64,000 nucleotides of DNA from Paracoccaceae bacterium (GCA_965224795.1 CBDDAE010000002.1:327873-391872), one strand, 5' to 3'. Counted from the first letter of the stretch, positions 38,192-47,133 are shown. Numbers and translations: made by a program. Notes: generated by a model not told the origin, from the sequence alone.

Positions 38192-39748
38192 TCAAAAATC
38201 GGTCGGCGCACCACCTTCAGATTTACGCCGGGCAACAAAATCTGCCAGCTCGTCCCGGATGGCGATGTCCATCGCCGGTGGTTCAAAGCTGTTGATGATG
38301 TCCTTGAACATCTTATGGGCCCGCTCGGCCGTCCAGACACCACCTTTGATCTCCCAGCCCTCATAATTGGTCCAGTCGGCCAGAAACGGCTGATAAAACG
38401 CCGTTTCATAACGGTCCTGGGTGTGCTGGACGCCAAAGAAATGGCCATCACTGCCCACCTCTTTTATGGCATCCAGTGCAATGTCATCGGGTGTTGTCGC
38501 CGTTACCACGGGTTCAAAATACCGCTGGATCATCTGCAAAACTTCGCAATCCATGATGAACTTTTCCGGGCTCGCGATCAGTCCGCCCTCTAACCAACCA
38601 GCAGCGTGGTACACAAAATTACTGCGTGACTGAACGGCCGACCACAGCGAATTTGAGGTTTCCCACATCGCCTGCCCGTCCGGCACGTTGGATGTACAGA
38701 CACCCGATGCGCGCAACGGCAGCCCGTAAAACCGCGCCAATTGCCCGGTCATCTGCGTGGCGCGCATATATTCCGGCGTCCCAAACGCAGGCGCGCCGGT
38801 TTTCATATCCACATTGCTGGTGAAGGTGCCCATGACACAGGCGCAGCCGGGTTTGACATATTGAAACAGCGCAATGGCACTTAAGGCCTCGGCAATGGAT
38901 TGTGCCACCGCCCCGGCCATTGTCACCGGCGCCATCGCCCCGGCCAGCGTGAACGGTGCTACCACCACCGCCTGCCCGCGTCGGATCAAGCGCAAACAGC
39001 CGTCAATCATCGGGATATCGTGTTTCAGCGGCGAGGTGGAATTGATGTTGGTATACATCCGCGGCTTGGCTTCAAATTCTTCGTGGCTTAACCCGCCCGC
39101 AATACGCACCATTTCCATGACATCTTCGACCCGTTCCTTGCCCAGACTGTACACATGGCCCACTTTGTCGGTCAGGGTCAGTTTGTCAAAAACCACATCC
39201 AGATGCCTGATTGAGGCATGAATATCCACCGGTTCCACCGGATAACCGCCAGCGAAATGGATGCAGTTGAAATATTGCGTCAACTTCAGCAAATCCTGGC
39301 ACTGGGCGCGGGTACCAACCTGTTTGCCGACCTCCATATCCCAGTAATTGGGCGGTGAGGACACATTGCCAAACACCATATTATTGCCGCCAATGGTAAT
39401 TTCACGGTCCGGATTGCGTGGGGTTATGGTGAATTCACTGGGGGCTTTGGCGATCATCTCCATGACAAAATCGCGACCCATACGCACATTACTGCCGTTT
39501 ACGGTGCAACCCGCCTGTTTAAAGATTTCCAGGCTTTCTTCGTTGTAAAATTCAATGCCAATCTCTTCCAGAATGTGCATGGCACCTTCATGGATCGCCT
39601 GCACACCAGCATTGTCTAACGGCTCAATCGGTCGGTCGGTGTTTTGGACGATGCGCCAGGGCATCTGGTCAATCACGGCCGGATTATCGCGCCGGGCATT
39701 GCCTGCTCTGCCGCCGGCCCTTTTGCGCCGTGGCGATGTTTCGGACAT
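38192..39748 (-). CDS. MttB-family (trimethylamine methyltransferase superfamily) protein, non-pyrrolysine
   Basis: 518-aa uninterrupted ORF with no in-frame TAG. The length and overall sequence fit alphaproteobacterial MttB homologs. Family assignment is by recognition only. Confidence 0.75.
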   Translation of the reverse strand: MSETSPRRKRAGGRAGNARRDNPAVIDQMPWRIVQNTDRPIEPLDNAGVQAIHEGAMHILEEIGIEFYNEESLEIFKQAGCTVNGSNVRMGRDFVMEMIAKAPSEFTITPRNPDREITIGGNNMVFGNVSSPPNYWDMEVGKQVGTRAQCQDLLKLTQYFNCIHFAGGYPVEPVDIHASIRHLDVVFDKLTLTDKVGHVYSLGKERVEDVMEMVRIAGGLSHEEFEAKPRMYTNINSTSPLKHDIPMIDGCLRLIRRGQAVVVAPFTLAGAMAPVTMAGAVAQSIAEALSAIALFQYVKPGCACVMGTFTSNVDMKTGAPAFGTPEYMRATQMTGQLARFYGLPLRASGVCTSNVPDGQAMWETSNSLWSAVQSRSNFVYHAAGWLEGGLIASPEKFIMDCEVLQMIQRYFEPVVTATTPDDIALDAIKEVGSDGHFFGVQHTQDRYETAFYQPFLADWTNYEGWEIKGGVWTAERAHKMFKDIINSFEPPAMDIAIRDELADFVARRKSEGGAPTDF

Positions 39749-39841
39749 TGATGTTCTCCTTGTCTAGTCAAGGGAACAACATGCGACCGCAATAGTCGGG
39801 GTGAAAAGCGACCGTCTGTGTCGCAATCATGCGTTGCTGCG

Positions 39842-40531
39842 CTATTCTGTCAGCCAGTCCGCCAACTCACTGATATCACTAAGAACGATATCGGCCAATG
39901 GTGCCAGATCAACGGCTTCAGCCACCCCGGTCAACACGGCGGCTGTTTGCATGCCTGCCGCGCGCCCGGCCTCAAGATCATGGCTGCTATCGCCCACCAT
40001 CACCACGTCACCGGGATCAATTCCCATATAGTCGGCAAATGCCAGACACATATCAGGCGCTGGCTTGCCGCCAAAGCCGCTGTCATATCCGGCAATGAAA
40101 TCAAAGCGGTGTTCGACATCCAGCGCCCGCAACTGGGCACGTGCGGTACCTTCACTGTCATTGGTGGCTATCCCTACAACCAGCCCCAATTCGGCCATTT
40201 CATCCAGAAATGGGTTTAGCGGGACCACCGGCACGCCTTGGGCCAAGGCCCCGGTCTGATCCAGGAACCCGATCATCTGATCCAGCGTCATATCCGGGCG
40301 GTGGTACACTATTGCCCCGGCCACCTGTTCCACTGTGCCAGCAATCACGATGCTGTCGGGAAAAATCCGGCCCTTGGCGTAATCCAGCCCCCAGGACAGC
40401 GCCATTTCTTCGGCCAGGTCAGTGTCGCCATTTGCCAGCTCATCCACCACATGGGCAGCCCAAGGGCCCCAGGTGCGCTGGAAATCCAGCAAGGTTCCGT
40501 CTTTGTCAAATAGCAAGCCTTTGGCACGCAT
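39842..40531 (-). CDS. HAD-superfamily hydrolase (phosphoglycolate-phosphatase-like)
   Basis: 229-aa ORF. Motif I LLFDKDGTLLD. Motif IV MVGDSSHDLEAG. Confidence 0.85.
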   Translation of the reverse strand: MRAKGLLFDKDGTLLDFQRTWGPWAAHVVDELANGDTDLAEEMALSWGLDYAKGRIFPDSIVIAGTVEQVAGAIVYHRPDMTLDQMIGFLDQTGALAQGVPVVPLNPFLDEMAELGLVVGIATNDSEGTARAQLRALDVEHRFDFIAGYDSGFGGKPAPDMCLAFADYMGIDPGDVVMVGDSSHDLEAGRAAGMQTAAVLTGVAEAVDLAPLADIVLSDISELADWLTE

Positions 40532-40563
40532 AGGTCACCCTTTCGTCTTTATGCGGTGATGGC

Positions 40564-43500
40564 ATGGAAACTGCGCCGTTGACAGCCCCGAAAATGCGCC
40601 CGACAATTGTGGCAATGAGCAAACTGTTTTCATATGCCCAACGCCCGATGCATCTGGGTGGTTACCCGCTGGAAAAACTAGCCAGAACCCCGATTTTTCC
40701 GGACCTGTCCACCATTCAGCCAGATCCGGTACTGTCGTTTCGACGCCCCGATGACCCGCTGTCGATCGTGAATGCCATGCAAGACTATCAGGCCATGCTG
40801 GATGCCACCCGTGAGGGCATGGTGAAAAAACAGCGTGCAGAAATCCCCGCGGATGCGCAGGAACGCGCAGACCACCTTAAGGCGTTTGGATATTATTGCG
40901 ACGCGGCGATGGTTGCGGTTTGCGAAATCCCCACACTGGCCTGGCGTAACGTGGCGCTGGAAAACCCGGATGTGGCGAAACTTGCGGCCCAACTTAGTAC
41001 CATGCAGACCAAGACCCTGGCAGCCGGAATTGACGTAATCATGGCGGGCTTGCGTGAAAGCATGAATGCGCCGCCTGTCGATTGTCGCCACCACACCCAT
41101 GCGATTGTGTTTCTTTACGATCACCCCCGTTCGCCAAAACCGGATGAAGAAGGCGCTGACTGGATTCAAGACGCACTGGAACACAGGGCGTGCCTGCGGG
41201 CCACCGAAACGGCGGTAACCCTGTCAAACTACATTCGCAGTCTGGGCTGGGATGCAAGGGCCCATTCTGCGGCAGCGTCTGATGTGTATATGAACCGATT
41301 GGCGGTGAAATCGGGGCTGGCAAATGCGACCCCCACAGGCATTGAAAACCCATTTATTGGCACTGACCTTGGGCTAGCCGTGGTCACCACAACCTTACAA
41401 ATGGCACCAGACCAACCCCTGGCTGAGGGTGCCAAACCACCCGCCACCTGGCGCAGTGGCCTTGGTCGCCATGCCCAAAATGCCGGCAATCGCGACCCCT
41501 ATGCCAAACGCAAGTTTCGCGATGGTCCGCACCCGTTTGAAACCTTAAAGCGGGTCGATCAGCCCACTACCTATATAGACCGACCCAATGTCGCCCGGGT
41601 GCCTAAACGCGCCAATATGTTTGCGCGATCCTTGTTTGGTGATCTGGGTAAAGCGGCGCAACAAAATGCCACTAACGGCAATTATGTGCGCAAATCCGCC
41701 GCCGCCTATGCTTTTCGACCCAGCCTTGGGGCGTTTATTTTGTTGCAGGATGGACAAGCTGCCGATGTTCATCCTTCTACCCTTGATCCTGACCGCAACG
41801 CCGCCAATATCAAGGCCGCCCTGTATTTTCTGGGGCTTGATGCGGTCGGCCTGTCAGAATGCCCTGACTGGACCTATTACAGCCACGGTGCTGATGGCCA
41901 AAAGATCACCCCCTACCACAGCAACGCCATTTCCATGATTGTCGATCAGGGGCACGAAACCATGGAAGGTGCGTCGGGCGATGACTGGATCGCCTGCGCC
42001 CAGTCCATGCGCGCCTACCTGCGGTTTTCGCTGCTGGGTGGTGTGTTGGCCAACCACCTGCGCAATCTGGGCTACACGGCGCGGGTGCATTCGGTGATGG
42101 ATGACGAAGTATTACATCCGCCGCTACTGCTGCTATCCGGCCTTGGCGAAGTCAGCCGCATTGGCGAAGTCATCTTGAACCCGTTCCTGGGTCCGCGCCT
42201 GAAATCCGGCGTTGTCACCACCAACATGCCCTTGACCTTTGATCGACCAATAGATTTTGGCCTGCAAAAATTCTGCGACACCTGCAACAAATGCGCGCGC
42301 GAATGCCCATCAGGTGCGATCACTGCAGGCCCAAAACTGATGTTCAACGGCTATGAGATCTGGAAATCTGATAGCCAGAAATGCACCACCTACCGGATCG
42401 GTCAGAAAAACGGCGCCATGTGTGGGCGCTGCATGAAAACCTGCCCTTGGAACCTGGAAGGACTGTTTGCGGAAAAACCGTTCAGGTGGGCCGCGATGAA
42501 CCTGCCCGGCAGCGCTAAGGTGTTGGCAAAGTTGGACGATATGGTTGGAAACGGTGAAATCAATCCGGCCAAGAAATGGTGGTGGGATCTGGAGATGATC
42601 GACGATGGCCCTTACAAACAAGCGCAGGAAACCGCAAATTCCCGCCCTCTGCAAAAAGACCTGAACCTACAATATAGCGACCAAACACTGGCCGTTTACC
42701 CGGCCCCGCTGGCCCCGCCGCCTTACCCCTGGCCCTTCCCAATGGACCGGGAGGCCGGAATTGACGCCTATCAGAATATGATCCCCGCCGAAGAACACCG
42801 CCAACGCCGTGCGGCAGGCACCCCGCCAGAACATGAATACACCGCCGATCGTGGAACATCGCCGGTGCTGAATGTAGTGCTGTCTAAGGTGGAAAAAATG
42901 GCCGACGGGGTCACAAAGTACGAATTTTCCATGGCTGACGGATCAGATATGCCGCCGGTGACGGCTGGGGCCCATATTGACGTAGTGGTCGCACCCGAAT
43001 TCTTCCGCCAATATTCATTATCGGGCGATCCGGCCAACCGTGCCTGCTATCAGATTGCTGTGCTGGAAGAAGCAAGCGGCCGGGGCGGATCAAAACTGCT
43101 GCACCGGATATTTACCGAAGGCCGCCGGGTGTTCATTTCCTACCCGATCAACCACTTCCCGGTGGCCGAAGACGCCTATTTTACCTATCTTATGGGTGGT
43201 GGCATTGGCGTGACCCCAATGATCGCTATGGCGCACCGGTTGCACGAAATTGGTGCCGATTTTGCGCTACATTATTCCGGTTCCACACGCAGTGGGGCCG
43301 GGTTTATGTATGATCTGGCAGCGATGCCCTGGGCCGATAAGGTGAAATACCACTTCTCCAACGAAGGCAGTCGAGCTTCGCTTGATAAGATATTGCAATA
43401 TAAACGTAATTCCCATGTCTATACCTGCGGACCAGAACCCTATATGGCTGGGGTTATTGACGCAGCCACGGCCAACGGTTTCCCCGAAGACATGCGCCAT

Positions 43501-43809
43501 CTGGAATATTTTTCGGTGCCCGAGACACCTGAATACGAAAACCATGATTTCACCCTGCGCCTGCTGAAATCGAACCTTGATATTGCGGTATCAGCAGATC
43601 AGGCCCCCACTGATGCCCTGTTGGCGGCGGGTATTAATGTGGATGTTAAATGTTCGGACGGGCTGTGTGGCGTGTGTAAATGCGGGCTTGTTTCGGGGGA
43701 TGTTGAGCACCGGGATTTCGTGCTGTCCAACAAACAGCGCGAAAGTCAGATCATCCTGTGCCAATCACGCGCCGCGCAAAAGAACGGTATAATTGAGGTT
43801 GATCTATAG
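40564..43809 (+). CDS. Reductive-dehalogenase-like protein fused to a PDR-type FMN/NAD(P)H/[2Fe-2S] reductase
   Basis: 1081-aa ORF. Fe-S motifs FCDTCNKCARECPSGAI and CGRCMKTCPWN. C-terminal module with FRQYSLSG (RxYS), GGGIGVTPMIAM and CSDGLCGVCKCGL...ILCQS. No twin-arginine signal at the N-terminus. Confidence 0.8.
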   Translation: METAPLTAPKMRPTIVAMSKLFSYAQRPMHLGGYPLEKLARTPIFPDLSTIQPDPVLSFRRPDDPLSIVNAMQDYQAMLDATREGMVKKQRAEIPADAQERADHLKAFGYYCDAAMVAVCEIPTLAWRNVALENPDVAKLAAQLSTMQTKTLAAGIDVIMAGLRESMNAPPVDCRHHTHAIVFLYDHPRSPKPDEEGADWIQDALEHRACLRATETAVTLSNYIRSLGWDARAHSAAASDVYMNRLAVKSGLANATPTGIENPFIGTDLGLAVVTTTLQMAPDQPLAEGAKPPATWRSGLGRHAQNAGNRDPYAKRKFRDGPHPFETLKRVDQPTTYIDRPNVARVPKRANMFARSLFGDLGKAAQQNATNGNYVRKSAAAYAFRPSLGAFILLQDGQAADVHPSTLDPDRNAANIKAALYFLGLDAVGLSECPDWTYYSHGADGQKITPYHSNAISMIVDQGHETMEGASGDDWIACAQSMRAYLRFSLLGGVLANHLRNLGYTARVHSVMDDEVLHPPLLLLSGLGEVSRIGEVILNPFLGPRLKSGVVTTNMPLTFDRPIDFGLQKFCDTCNKCARECPSGAITAGPKLMFNGYEIWKSDSQKCTTYRIGQKNGAMCGRCMKTCPWNLEGLFAEKPFRWAAMNLPGSAKVLAKLDDMVGNGEINPAKKWWWDLEMIDDGPYKQAQETANSRPLQKDLNLQYSDQTLAVYPAPLAPPPYPWPFPMDREAGIDAYQNMIPAEEHRQRRAAGTPPEHEYTADRGTSPVLNVVLSKVEKMADGVTKYEFSMADGSDMPPVTAGAHIDVVVAPEFFRQYSLSGDPANRACYQIAVLEEASGRGGSKLLHRIFTEGRRVFISYPINHFPVAEDAYFTYLMGGGIGVTPMIAMAHRLHEIGADFALHYSGSTRSGAGFMYDLAAMPWADKVKYHFSNEGSRASLDKILQYKRNSHVYTCGPEPYMAGVIDAATANGFPEDMRHLEYFSVPETPEYENHDFTLRLLKSNLDIAVSADQAPTDALLAAGINVDVKCSDGLCGVCKCGLVSGDVEHRDFVLSNKQRESQIILCQSRAAQKNGIIEVDL

Positions 43810-43824
43810 GGAAAATTGCCCCGA

Positions 43825-44103
43825 TTAGGTCCAGTTGACTTGCTGCCCACCCGGCAAGGATTGGCGCGCCAGCATTGGTTGATCGTAGCCCAGACTATGG
43901 GCATCACAAAACTCAACCACCCAGTCGTCATTCATCGTTAGAAAATCCAACAGTGAACCCAGAAATTCCGGATCATGGGCCCTGTCGCGCAAATCATCGG
44001 AACTTGACCCGGTTGCCCCCAAAAATACCGGCAGTAATTCTTCATTTCCTGCCAGCCAGCCAAGCGCCTGCAAAGCAATGGTTTCGGCGATTTCTTGCTG
44101 CAT
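43825..44103 (-). CDS. DUF3572 domain protein
   Basis: 92-aa ORF, MQQEIAETIALQALGWLAGNEELLPVFLGATG. Divergent from the pleD-like gene, a common alphaproteobacterial pairing. Confidence 0.7.
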   Translation of the reverse strand: MQQEIAETIALQALGWLAGNEELLPVFLGATGSSSDDLRDRAHDPEFLGSLLDFLTMNDDWVVEFCDAHSLGYDQPMLARQSLPGGQQVNWT

Positions 44104-44202
44104 GACAGCCTCCTTTTGCTCGGTTGTTACAAATTGTTAACCAATCTCAATGAAAACTAACCAAGACGAGTCAAATACAACACAAAAAAATAAAGAGGTT
44201 CC

Positions 44203-45591
44203 ATGCCAGGGCGCATACTAATTGCAGACGATGTTGCCACCAACCGCATCGTCCTAAAAGTCAAACTTTCAGCTGCTTCCTACGATATTATTCAGGCGGC
44301 CAATCAGGTTGAGCTAATGGAACAGGCCCGTCTGGGTGCCCCCGACCTGATCATCCTGGATGGCAATTTTCATATCGACCGTGGCATCGATATTTGCCAG
44401 GAATTAAAGGAAAATCCAGCCACTGCGGCAATCCCGGTAATGATCCTTGCCGCTGATTTTAGCGCAGCCGATCGGCTGGCTGCGCTGCATGTGGGCGCCT
44501 GTGATGTATTGAACAAGCCGATTCCGGACAATGCACTTTTGGCGAGGGTGCGAAACGCCATGCGGGTGCGTGGCGTCGAGGCGGAATTGCAGCTTCGCGA
44601 AGACACTGCCATTGAGCTGGGCTTTCAGGAATCACCAAGGCCGTTCCAGCGACCTGCCCAAATTTTAGTGGTGAATGGTGCAAAAATTCAGAATTTGGAC
44701 TGGCAAACGGCGTTTGAAACGGCCAATCCTTGTACCATACATCTGGTGGGTCATGGCAGCGTTCTGGAGACCATCACCCAGAAAAAACTGACCCCGGATA
44801 TTGTCCTACTGCCAACGCAAATCAACGGCAAAAATGATGGACTAGTTCTGTTAGCGGAACTGCGTAGTCGTGTTGAAACCCAACATGCAGCGATAATTCT
44901 AGTTGAAGAAAGCCGCGAAAACAGTGCCGCCATATCGGCGCTGGATATGGGGGCAAGCGAAGTGATTGATGCCAAAACACCGCCCGCTGAATTTGCTTTT
45001 CGCCTGACCAGACAATTGCATCGCAAGAAAAAGGCCGACCAGTTGCGCAGCGCTTTGGCCGACGGATTGCGCCTGGCTGTGACCGATCCTCTGACAGGGT
45101 TGTTTAACCGACGCTACGCCTTCCCGCACATGTCGCGCATCGCCAAAAAATCCAACAAAGCAGGCAGCCCATTTGCTGTGATGGTTTTGGATCTGGACCG
45201 TTTCAAAAATGTTAATGATACCTACGGCCACGGGGCCGGTGATCTGGTTTTGCAAGAAGTTGCCCAGCGACTGAAGGCCAATGTGCGCAGTGTTGATATG
45301 ATCGCCCGCATCGGTGGCGAAGAATTCTTGGTGGTGATGCCGGATACCGGGTTAAAGGCCGCCAGGGTGGCTGCTGAACGGTTGCGCAGCGTAACTGGTG
45401 CATCACCTATTTCGCTTCCGGGGTCAGGGGGCGCAATTTGCGTCACCACCAGTATCGGTGTTTCAATTGGCGGGTTACAAGGTCAGGTGGAGGCAAGCGT
45501 AGAAGCCATGGTGGAACGCGCCGATCAGGCGTTGTTGGGGGCAAAATCCACCGGTCGAAACCAGGTCATTATTGAACGCAACGCCGCCTGA
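44203..45591 (+). CDS. pleD: PleD-family response regulator diguanylate cyclase (REC-REC-GGDEF)
   Basis: 462-aa ORF. N-terminus RILIADDVATNRIVLKVKL...DLIILD. Active site RIGGEEFLVVMPDT with I-site RSVD. Collinear with Caulobacter PleD as I recall it. Confidence 0.85.
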   Translation: MPGRILIADDVATNRIVLKVKLSAASYDIIQAANQVELMEQARLGAPDLIILDGNFHIDRGIDICQELKENPATAAIPVMILAADFSAADRLAALHVGACDVLNKPIPDNALLARVRNAMRVRGVEAELQLREDTAIELGFQESPRPFQRPAQILVVNGAKIQNLDWQTAFETANPCTIHLVGHGSVLETITQKKLTPDIVLLPTQINGKNDGLVLLAELRSRVETQHAAIILVEESRENSAAISALDMGASEVIDAKTPPAEFAFRLTRQLHRKKKADQLRSALADGLRLAVTDPLTGLFNRRYAFPHMSRIAKKSNKAGSPFAVMVLDLDRFKNVNDTYGHGAGDLVLQEVAQRLKANVRSVDMIARIGGEEFLVVMPDTGLKAARVAAERLRSVTGASPISLPGSGGAICVTTSIGVSIGGLQGQVEASVEAMVERADQALLGAKSTGRNQVIIERNAA

Positions 45592-45593
45592 CA

Positions 45594-46094
45594 TCAGTTG
45601 CTTTTTGGGGCACGGCGCAGGGAACGTTCCAGCCGATCAGCGTACTTGGCGCGCTCATCATCAGTCATTTCGGCGATTTGCGACAGGAATAACGTTTTGC
45701 CAATATCCTGACGCTCTTGCAGGCGGCTTTGCTGTTGGGAAAGAATTTCAGACACAGTTTCCGGCTTATATGGGCTTTGGCGCAAGGCCTCCAGCATCAA
45801 CACCAAATGGGCGCGAAAATCGGCCCGGTTGGCGCGCAGATCTGGGCCAAGTTCACCCATGGCACTGGTGATTTGTTGACGGTCATCTTTAGACAGCGCA
45901 CGCGCGTAAGGCCCGTAGCCAAGATCATAAAGCGGCGGGGCCGATGCACGGCGAATATGGTCCGGCGGACCGCCCCGAAAAATTGCACCTGCAATCATGC
46001 CCACGATCAACAGGTTCAACGCAAGTGATGCAACCAAAAGCAAACGCAACCAGCGAGAACCAGATTTTTTCGGGGGTAAGGTTTCGTTTTCCAT
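45594..46094 (-). CDS. Periplasmic LTXXQ-motif (Spy/CpxP/heavy-metal-sensor-like) protein with N-terminal anchor
   Basis: 166-aa ORF. TM segment WLRLLLVASLALNLLIVGMIAGAIF. Motifs LSKDDRQQI and MTDDERAKY. Confidence 0.65.
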   Translation of the reverse strand: MENETLPPKKSGSRWLRLLLVASLALNLLIVGMIAGAIFRGGPPDHIRRASAPPLYDLGYGPYARALSKDDRQQITSAMGELGPDLRANRADFRAHLVLMLEALRQSPYKPETVSEILSQQQSRLQERQDIGKTLFLSQIAEMTDDERAKYADRLERSLRRAPKSN

Positions 46095-46097
46095 CGG

Positions 46098-46481
46098 CTA
46101 CCCTTCCTCCTGAAAATCGCTGAACACAGGCATAAAATCCGCCAACTCGTAGCTGGCATCAGAAATAATAAGCCCCGATGACAGCGTGCTTACACTATCA
46201 GGCGAAGCATACCCGATCCAAATCCCCGCCAAGGTCGCTGTCGTTAGCCCGGCAAATGTGGGCCAACCGCCCAGACCCAACAAAATTCTACGCCAAAAGC
46301 CGCCTGTGTCAGGTGTGGTTCGCCTAATCAAGGTGCTATTGAGCTGGTCAGCCGTATGATCCGCATCCTGAATGATACGTGACATCAACTGCTCCGAAGG
46401 CTGCACCACCACTTTGCTTTCCTGCTCTAGCAGGGCATCAAGGTCGATTTGTTCAAAGGCATTATTATCCGTCATTTTCAT
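46098..46481 (-). CDS. Hypothetical single-pass membrane protein (candidate anti-sigma factor by position)
   Basis: 127-aa ORF overlapping the ECF sigma gene end by 17 nt. TM segment ILLGLGGWPTFAGLTTATLAGIWIGY. No HxxxCxxC zinc motif. Confidence 0.5.
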   Translation of the reverse strand: MKMTDNNAFEQIDLDALLEQESKVVVQPSEQLMSRIIQDADHTADQLNSTLIRRTTPDTGGFWRRILLGLGGWPTFAGLTTATLAGIWIGYASPDSVSTLSSGLIISDASYELADFMPVFSDFQEEG

Positions 46482-47052
46482 ATCCCAATTCTGCGCGCCG
46501 TCCCGTCAAGGCCTGGCTTAACGCCCGTTTTCCGCGCGCTGTCAGACTTTCAACTGCTTCGACGCCTAAGTCCATTACCTGCGCTATCTCTGGGTTTGAA
46601 AACCCTTCTATATGGCGCAAAACCACAGCCATTCGCTGCCGGTCCGGCAATTTTTCCAATGCTTGGCGCAAAGCTAATTGTCGCGCCTGATCTATCATTC
46701 CATCCACCGCCGAAGGCTTGTCATCGGCCGGTTCTGCAATTTCATCCAGTGCTACACCACGTTTTTTGCGCAACCGATCGGTGCAAAGGTTTGAAACGAC
46801 GCGGTACAACCAAGTGGTCACCTTAGCTTCCCCCTGTCGCCAATCCGGGGCAATTTTCCAAAGCCGCAACATGGCTTCCTGCGCTACATCTTCGGCCTCG
46901 GCGTGATCCCCCAGCATCCGGCTGGCAAACCCAAGAACCCTTGGGGTCAGGCGCTGGGTCAGGGCATGCGCCGCCGCTTTGTCACCGTTGCCATACGCCA
47001 CCAACAGGGCGTCATCAGATACTTCAGTCAGGGCGTCAAACGGCATGTTCAT
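46465..47052 (-). CDS. ECF-type RNA polymerase sigma-70 family factor
   Basis: Region 2 AEDVAQEAMLRLWK. Region 4 LPDRQRMAVVLRHIEGFSNPEIAQVMDLGVEAVESLTARGKRAL. Start set at M16 of the tracked ORF (47052). Confidence 0.88.
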   Translation of the reverse strand: MNMPFDALTEVSDDALLVAYGNGDKAAAHALTQRLTPRVLGFASRMLGDHAEAEDVAQEAMLRLWKIAPDWRQGEAKVTTWLYRVVSNLCTDRLRKKRGVALDEIAEPADDKPSAVDGMIDQARQLALRQALEKLPDRQRMAVVLRHIEGFSNPEIAQVMDLGVEAVESLTARGKRALSQALTGRRAELGYENDG

Positions 47053-47133
47053 TGTCCAGATTGAATATCCCGATTTGACAGGTTGTACAAATAGCACCGG
47101 CGCCCAAGGGGGATAGGACGCCGGTGCCCGGTT

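Noticed and set aside
38192-39748. Possible pyrrolysine (in-frame TAG) recoding in the MttB homolog.
   Set aside because: The ORF is continuous over 518 codons with no internal stop, so it is a non-Pyl family member.
39804-39824. Small hairpin GCGAC-N7-GTCGC followed by TTTT on the minus strand, 18 nt after the HAD hydrolase stop, as an intrinsic terminator.
   Set aside because: The stem is only 5 bp with a 4-T tract, which is too weak to call. The downstream MttB gene may be co-transcribed.
40564-43809. Alternative reading of the large fusion protein as an epoxyqueuosine reductase (QueG) or a generic ferredoxin-reductase fusion.
   Set aside because: QueG proteins are about 350-400 aa and are not fused to PDR-type reductases. 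The ~700-aa N-terminal part and the C-terminal PDR module match the catabolic RdhA (BhbA-type) architecture better. This still needs a profile search to confirm.
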